64,000 bases of DNA from the human T2T-CHM13v2.0 reference genome, Homo sapiens. This document shows, one piece after another, positions 54,861 to 64,000 of the stretch (position 1 is its first letter; every line of letters starts with the position of its first letter). Where the stretch lies: NCBI RefSeq assembly GCF_009914755.1, contig NC_060938.1. The stretch is one strand, 5' to 3'. The position numbers were made by a program, and so were the translations under genes. Under the pieces are notes generated by a model. It was not told where the DNA came from and made no database searches. It saw only the letters and a program-made list of their open reading frames with translations.

Positions 54861-57800
54861 TTTATTAAGAAGATAGAAGAAATTAGAATGCACATTCAAA
54901 CCCCAACCTTTCAAGCTACATCTAGAGAGTCTCGTTCCTACCTTACCAGTCTTGGGGTACTGACCAGATGTGGCACATCCTAAGGTCCAGCTGGCTACCA
55001 AAAACAGAGGCAACAATCTTGACAGACACAAAAAGTTGAGAAGCACCTAAAAATCTCTGGCCTAATAGATTCGTGAGATATGAGGCAGGTATGACAAGAC
55101 TAAGAGAGGTAGTTGTATTATCTAATGCACAGAAACCAACAAAGAGAGTCAAGAAAAATGAAGAAACAGGGATTATATCCCATAAAGAAAAACAAAAAAA
55201 AGATCAATCTCCAGAAACTGACCAAAGGGAAGGGGAAATATGTGATTAACCTGAGATCAAAAACAAAATGTGGGAGGAAGAGGAGTAAAACTATACAGTT
55301 TGTATATGCAATGAAAACTAAGTTGTTATCAATTTAAAATAGCCTGTTATAATTGCAAGATGTTTTATGAAAGTCACAGGGTAACCATAAAGCAAAAAGC
55401 CTATAATAGATACACAAAAGATACAAACAAAAAATCTAAAGCATACTACTACAGAATGCAATTAAACTGCAAAGGAAGAAAGCAAGTGAATAAAGGAACA
55501 AAGAATCTATGAAACAACTATAAAACAATGAACAAAATGTCACTGAAAAGTTATTACCTATCAATAATTACTTTAAATATAAATGTATTAAATTCTCCAA
55601 CCAAAAGGCAGGGTAGCTGAATGGATATAAAAAAATAAGACCCAACTATATGCTGTCTACAAGAGATTCATTTCACATTAAAGGATATTCATAGATCAAA
55701 AGTGAAGGGTTAATAAAATTCCATACAAATGAAAATTATAAAAGACCAAGGGTACTTATAATTATTTTAGAGAAAACAGACTGGGTCAAAAACTGTAAAA
55801 AAAAAAAAAAAAAAGTCATATAGTGATAAAGGGGTCAATACATCAAGAAGATATAAGAATTGTAAATATATATGCACCCAACATCAAATAACATAAATAT
55901 ATAAGGCCAACCTTAAGAGATCTGAAAGGAGACAGACTCCAACACAATAATAGCATGGTACGTCAATACCCCACTCTTAATATTAGGCAGATTATCCAGA
56001 CCGAAAATCAATAAGAAAATAGTGAATTTGAACTACACTTTTAGACCAAATGGACCTAACAACATATACAGAAAATTCTACCCAGCAGCAATGGAACACA
56101 CATTCTTCTCAAGCACACAGAACATTCTCCAGGATAGATAATATATCACAAAACAAGTCTTGGCAAATTTAAGCTCAAAATTATATCAATGTATTTTCCA
56201 TCTACAATAGTATACAACTATAAATTAATAACAGAAGAAATCAAAGAGGATTACAAATATATGAAAATTAAAGCTCCTGAGCAACTATTGAGTCAAAGAA
56301 GAAATTAAAGGGAAAATTAAAAATATTCCTAGACAAATGAAAATGGAGACACAACATATCAAAACCTATGGGATGAAGCAAAAGCAGTGCTAAGAAGGAA
56401 GTTTATCGCAAATTGGACAATTTTCTAGAAGAAAGGTATAAATTTTTAGAAATGTACAAGCTACCAAGCCTAAATCACAAAGAAATGAAAAATATGAACA
56501 GACCAATAAAAGGACAGACCAATATAAGGTAAAGATATTGAATAAGTAATTTAAAATATTCCATTTCAAAAAACCCAGGACGAAATGGCTTCACAGCTAA
56601 ATTCTATCATACACTTAAAAAAACTAATACCAGTGCTTCTCAAATTCTTCCAAAAAAACTGAAGTGGAGGGAATCCTTCCAAACTCATTTTATAAGGCCA
56701 GCATCATCCTGAAACCAAAGCCAGACAAAGACACCATAACGGAAGTATAGGCAAATACCACAGGTGAATAGAGATATAAAATCCTCAACAAAAATTAGCA
56801 AATAATATTCAACAGTATATTAAAAAGATTATTCACCATGATCATGTGGGAGTTATCTCTGGGATGCAAGGTTGGTTTAACATACATAAATTAGTACATG
56901 TGATTCACTATATTAACAGAATAAAAAAGAAAAACTATATGATCATCACAATAGATACAGAAAAATATTTGTCAAAATTAAACATCCTTTCATATTAAAA
57001 ACTCTCAATAAATAGACTATAAAAAGAATGTTCCTCAACATAATAAAGGCCATATGTAGCAAGCCCACAGCTAACATCATATTCAACAATGAAAACTTGA
57101 AGGCTTTTCCTCTAAGGTCAGAAATAAGACAAGAAAGCCACTCTCACCATTTCTTTTTACAACAGTACTGACAGTTCTAGCCATACTGACAGTTCTAGCC
57201 AGAGCAATTAGACAAGAAAAAGAAACAAAAGATATTTGACTAGGAAAGGATGAACTGAAATTGTCTCTGATTACTGGTGGCATAATCTTACATACAGAAA
57301 ATTTTGAAGACTCCATCAAAAAACTGTTAGAACTGATGTAAACATTTAGTAAATTTGCAGGATACAAATTCAGCCTAAAAAATGAGTAACATTTCCATGT
57401 AATACAAATGAACTGTCTGAAAATATCTCAAGCATCAAAAAAATTAAAATAAAACACATAATAGTAAATGTAACCAAGGACGTGGAAGATCTATATATAC
57501 TAAAAACAATAAAACATTGATGAGAGAAATTGAGATTGGCATAAATAAATGGAAATATACCATTTGTTCATGGATTGGAAGAATTAATATTGTTAAGATG
57601 TCCATATTACCCAAAGTGATCTACAGATTCAACACAATCCTGACCAAAATTCCTATTTATTTTTTCACAGAAATAGAAAAAAAAAATCCCAAAATCTGTG
57701 TGGAACTACAAAATACCCCAAATAGCCAAAGCAATATTGGATAAAAAGAACAAAGCTGCCAGCGTCACACCACCAGATTTCAAAATATATTACAAAGCTA

Positions 57801-57903
57801 TAGTTAACAAAGCAGCATGATGGCATAAAATAGACACATAGACCAATGGAACAGATTAGAAAACCCAGAAATGAACCCATGCATCTACAGTCAATTGATT
57901 TTT

Positions 57904-58986
<1,083 letters not shown>

Positions 58987-59012
58987 AATCAATTAATTTT
59001 TGACAAAAGTTC

Positions 59013-59592
59013 TGTGATGGTTAATATTAGGTATCAACTTGACTGGATTGAAGGATGCCTAGATGGTTGGTAAAGTATTGTTTCTGGGTGTATCTGTGAG
59101 GGTGTTTCCAGAGGAGATTAACATTTGACTCAGTGGACTGAGAGAGGAAGACCCACCCTCAACGTGGGTGGACACATCCAATCTGCTGCCAGCGTGGCTA
59201 TTACAAAGCAGGTGGAAGAAGGTAGGATAAGCTGGCTTGTTTTGAGTCTTCGGCTTTCATCTTTCTCCCATGCTGGATGCTTCCATCCGTTCCTCTTGCT
59301 CTTGGACATCAGACTCCAGGTTCTTCAATTTTTGGACTCTTGGACTTACACCAATGATTTGACAGGGGCTCTCGAGCATTCAGCCACAACTAAAGGCTAC
59401 ACTGTCAACTTCCCTTCATTTGAGGCTTTTGGACTCAGTATAAGCCACCACTGCCTTCTTCCTCAGCTTGCAGATGGCCTATAGAGGGAATTCACCTTGT
59501 GATCATGTGAGCCGATTCTACTTAGTAAACTGCTTTTCATATATACATATATCCTATTAGTTCTGTCTCTCTAGAGAACCCTGACTAATACA
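59013..59592 (+). mobile_element. MLT2A2-like ERVL solo LTR
   Basis: TGTGATGGTTAATATT...CTAGAGAACCCTGACTAATACA. Confidence 0.88.
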
Positions 59593-59683
59593 GGTGCCAA
59601 CAACACACAATGGGAAGATAGTCTTTTGGCGTTGCAAAAACTGGATATCCAGATAAAAAAACAATAAAAATTGACCCTTTTCT

Positions 59684-59988
<305 letters not shown>

Positions 59989-61376
59989 AAAAATTGACCG
60001 TTTTCTCACCCCCTCTACACAAGAATCAACTCAAAATGCATAACAACATAAACATAAAACCTAAAATTGTAAAACTACTGGAAGAAAACGTAGGGGAAAA
60101 TCTCCACAACATTAGCCTGGGCAGAGGTTTCTTGGGTATGACCCTCAAAGCACAGGCAATAGAAACAAAGACAAATTGGATTGCGGCAAACTAAAAAGCT
60201 TCTGCACAGCAAAGGAAACAATTAACAGAGTGAAGTGACAACTCATGGAGTGGGAGAAAATATTTACAAATCATATATCAGATAGGGGAATACCATCCAA
60301 AATATACAAGAACACAAACTACTCGGTAACAAGAAAAAAAACCTATTAAAAAAAGCAAAGAATTTGAAAAGCCATTTCTCAAAAGAAATATAAATAGCGA
60401 ACAGACTTATTTTTAAAATGCTCAATGTTTCTAGTTATCAGAGAAATGCAATTAAAACCATAATAAGATATCACCTCATACTTGTTAGATTTGCTATTAT
60501 CAAAAAGATGAAAGATAACAGGTATTGGCAAGGAGGTGAAGAAAAAGAAAGCCTTATACACTTTTGGCAGTATTGTAAATTACTATAGCCATTTTGCAAA
60601 ACAGTATGGAGGTTCCGCACAAAAAGACAAAAACAGAATTACCATCTGATCAGCAATCCCACTCCTGGTAATATACCAAAAGGAATTGAAATCAGTATGA
60701 TGAAGAAATGCCTGCATTCTCATTTTCATTGCAGCATTATTTATGACAGCCAATGTATAAAAACAATCTATGTACATCAATGAATGAATGGATTTTAAAA
60801 ATGTGGCATATACTTGCAGTGGAATATTATTCAGCCTTAAAAAAAACAAACAGAAAATTCTGTAATTTTCAGCAACATGGGTAAACCTAGAGGGCATTGT
60901 ATATTAGGTGAAATAAGGCAGGCACAGAGAGACAAATACGGTATAATCTCACTTATATGTGGGATCTAAAAATGTGGAACTCATGGAAGTAGAGAATAGA
61001 ATGATGGTTACCAGAGGTAGGGGGTTGAGGGAGTGGAGAGGGAAAAGGGAGATGTGGCACAAATTTATACTTCGGAGAAATAATTTCTGTGTTCTATTGC
61101 ACAGTAAGATGATTATAGTTAATAATAATATATCATATATTTCAAATTGCTGAAAAGAGGGTTTTAAACATCGTTGCCACAAAGAAATGGCAAGTATTTG
61201 AGGTGATGGCTATGCTAAGTACCCTAATTTGATCTTTCCACAATGCATACAGGTATTCACACATCACATTCTACCCCATAAATATATTTACACATTTAAA
61301 AATAAAATAATTAAAGACTTCTACAATTATTTAAATAAATAATAATGACTGACACTATACATTAAAAATTGGCATT

Positions 61377-61704
<328 letters not shown>

Positions 61705-61869
61705 AAACTGGCATTAACAACTAGACTTTCTCCTTATAGAAAATGACATGAAATAAAACATAAATACCACATAACTGGACTTGCCATCTTTGATTTCCAA
61801 GTATAAATTTTTCACTTTAATGTATATGAACGGGGCATAGAAATTTTGAAGAACACTGAAGTTTTATTA

Positions 61870-62080
61870 GACACAATTTATATATAAATAAATGAATATG
61901 TTTCTACTTATATGGTTCTATATAGACACATATTTATATATAATGTTTATATAAGTATGTCGCTATATATGTACATATGTATGTATATTTATATATCTAT
62001 ATCAATATATACATTATACTAGAAACATGGCCCAAATTATTTGGAGTATTTTCTAAAGTAAAATATATTTATATATATCT
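61870..62080. repeat. TA-rich low-complexity tract
   Basis: Degenerate TATA/TATG repeats. Confidence 0.7.
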
Positions 62081-62136
62081 TTCAAAGAGTCAAGATTATT
62101 GTCCTCTTTCTCATCTTATTTGATTTTTAAACTCCT

Positions 62137-62578
62137 GGTATTAGTCAGGGTTCTCCAGGGAGACAGAACCACTAGGATGTCCACATATGTAGAAATAGAA
62201 TTATTATAAAATATTAGCTTGGATGGTTATGGAGGCTAAGTCCCATGACCTGCAGGGTGAGTGAGTAGGCAAGCTGGAGATACAGGAGACCTGATGGTTT
62301 AGTTCAAATACAAAGGCAGAAAAAAGTTGGTGTCCAGCTTGAAGGCAGTCAGGCAGGAAGGATTCCGTCTTACATATGGAAGAGTCAGTCTTGTTCTATT
62401 CAGACCTTCAGCTGACTGTATGCCCGCATTAGGGAGGGCAATCTTTTTTACTCAGTCTACCAATCCAAATGTTCCTCTAATCCACATACATCCTCACAGA
62501 CACACCAGAGTAATATTTTTCCAAATATCTGGGCAACCTGTGGTTCAGTCAAATGGACACATAAAATTAATCATCATA
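62137..62578 (-). mobile_element. MLT2C-like ERVL solo LTR
   Basis: GTATTAGTCAGGGTTCTCCAG...CACATAAAATTAATCATCATA; TSD CTCCT/TTCCT. Confidence 0.8.
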
Positions 62579-62809
62579 TTCCTAAATATCACTATGCGGG
62601 GGTATAAATTTTTAATTAGAAATTAGTGAGAATACATCATAAAATTGCTGTGTGGGTTAAATTTAAAAATGAATGTAAAGCAGTTAGCAAAATGCCCAAA
62701 TCATGGTGAGATTCCAATAACTGTTAGCTAGAGTCACAGCCAAGAGCAGTGGTTTTCAAAGTGAGCCCTGACATCAGACTCTCACACCCCTATCCCCAAA
62801 AAAAAAATC

Positions 62810-63000
62810 TTTGTTCTGTTCTTTGCTGGCTGTGTGATTTTGATCAAGTCACTAAATATGGCTCAGTCTCAGTTTTCTTGAATGCAAAGTACAATAATAA
62901 ACCTACTTTACTGGGTTGTGGTGAGGATTCATTAAACTGAATGTCCGACATCAATTTAGAACAATGCAGGCACATATTAAGCAAACAGATATTGGGTAAT
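62810..63000 (+). mobile_element. MIR
   Basis: GCTGTGTGATTTTGATCAAGTCACT...GTTGTGGTGAGGATT. Confidence 0.7.
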
Positions 63001-63469
63001 CTTGGTAACACAAAAGCAAACATATTTTACTTTTGCAAAGAGACTTTAATTTTCTTCTTATTGAAACCTTGAAATAAATCAGGAAGGAAGATACTATGAT
63101 CATCACTATTTTACAGAAGAATGAGAGTTACATTGAACGAGTTGCCAGGGACCATTTAGTGATCAGCATTCCTCCCACATCTTACTGGTCTGCTCTTTTA
63201 TTCCCCCAGCGCATTGATGGCTTCCCAAGATAATTAGGAATATTTAGAAGAGCTATGGGTCCTAATCATCTCATTTTGGGAAATCCAGGTATTTATTCAG
63301 TGCTATCAATTGAGGAACTATATGCTTGACAACTCCAGATCAAGGGAAATATTGTGGAAATGGTGTGGATTGTAATGTCCTTCCTGTTACTCACTTTTGA
63401 GTGATATCCGCTACCTGACGCCCAACCCACACATACCACCTAGCAAAAGGCAGATCTTTTTCTTTGCAT

Positions 63470-63680
63470 ATTATTTAGCACTCACTATGTTAGGCATTCT
63501 ACTAAGCCCTTTACATATAATATCCTCTTTAGTCATAATAACACACTGTGATTTAGGAACTGCTATTATTACCACTTTAAATATGAGGAAATGAGGCTTA
63601 AGAGGTTTCTCTGAGATCACAATGAAAATAAGTAATAAATCCAGAATCTGCATTTCATCACGCTGTCTCCAGAATGCTGT
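63470..63680 (-). mobile_element. MIR
   Basis: ATTTAGCACTCACTATGTTAGGCA...ATGAGGAAATGAGGCTTAAGAGGTT. Confidence 0.7.
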
Positions 63681-63711
63681 TTCCTAGGCAGCCATGCCTA
63701 CTTTTGCACTG

Positions 63712-63883
<172 letters not shown>

Positions 63884-64000
63884 TGAGACACTGTGTTGCA
63901 GAATCAAGTTAGGCTCTGAGTGTTCAGAGGAGAAGGAACTGCTGTAACATGAGACATACGTTTAAATAATTGCAGACATAAATATTTGACTTTGACTTTA

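Noticed and set aside
57166-57201. Exact 18-bp tandem duplication in L1 ORF2
   Set aside because: Ordinary slippage in a dead element.

Overview
Primate (human-like; AluY present), AT-rich, repeat-dense intronic/intergenic DNA. No protein-coding gene, RNA gene or CpG island could be recognised, and the supplied ORFs are repeat-derived or chance. Much of the window is interspersed repeat: about 13 Alus, several L1s (including a near full-length, TSD-bounded old L1MA at about 52.5-61.3 kb carrying six nested insertions), many MaLR/ERVL/ERV1 LTRs, DNA-transposon MITEs, MIR/L2/L3 relics and microsatellites. Repeat family names come from my recollection of consensus sequences, not from a RepeatMasker run; boundaries with TSDs were read directly from the sequence. 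Most notable: (1) an about 100-bp inverted repeat (4745-4846 / 6794-6897) between two ancient Charlie4-type transposon ends, far too similar for independent old copies and extending past the element end; (2) a chain of minus-strand candidate exons, including a 24-nt microexon, possibly a spliced lncRNA starting near the old L1 5' end; (3) an internally deleted THE1 provirus nested in a MER67-like LTR; (4) a twin-priming 5'-inverted L1 inside the large L1. I found no convincing novel biological system; the exon and regulatory calls are hypotheses.
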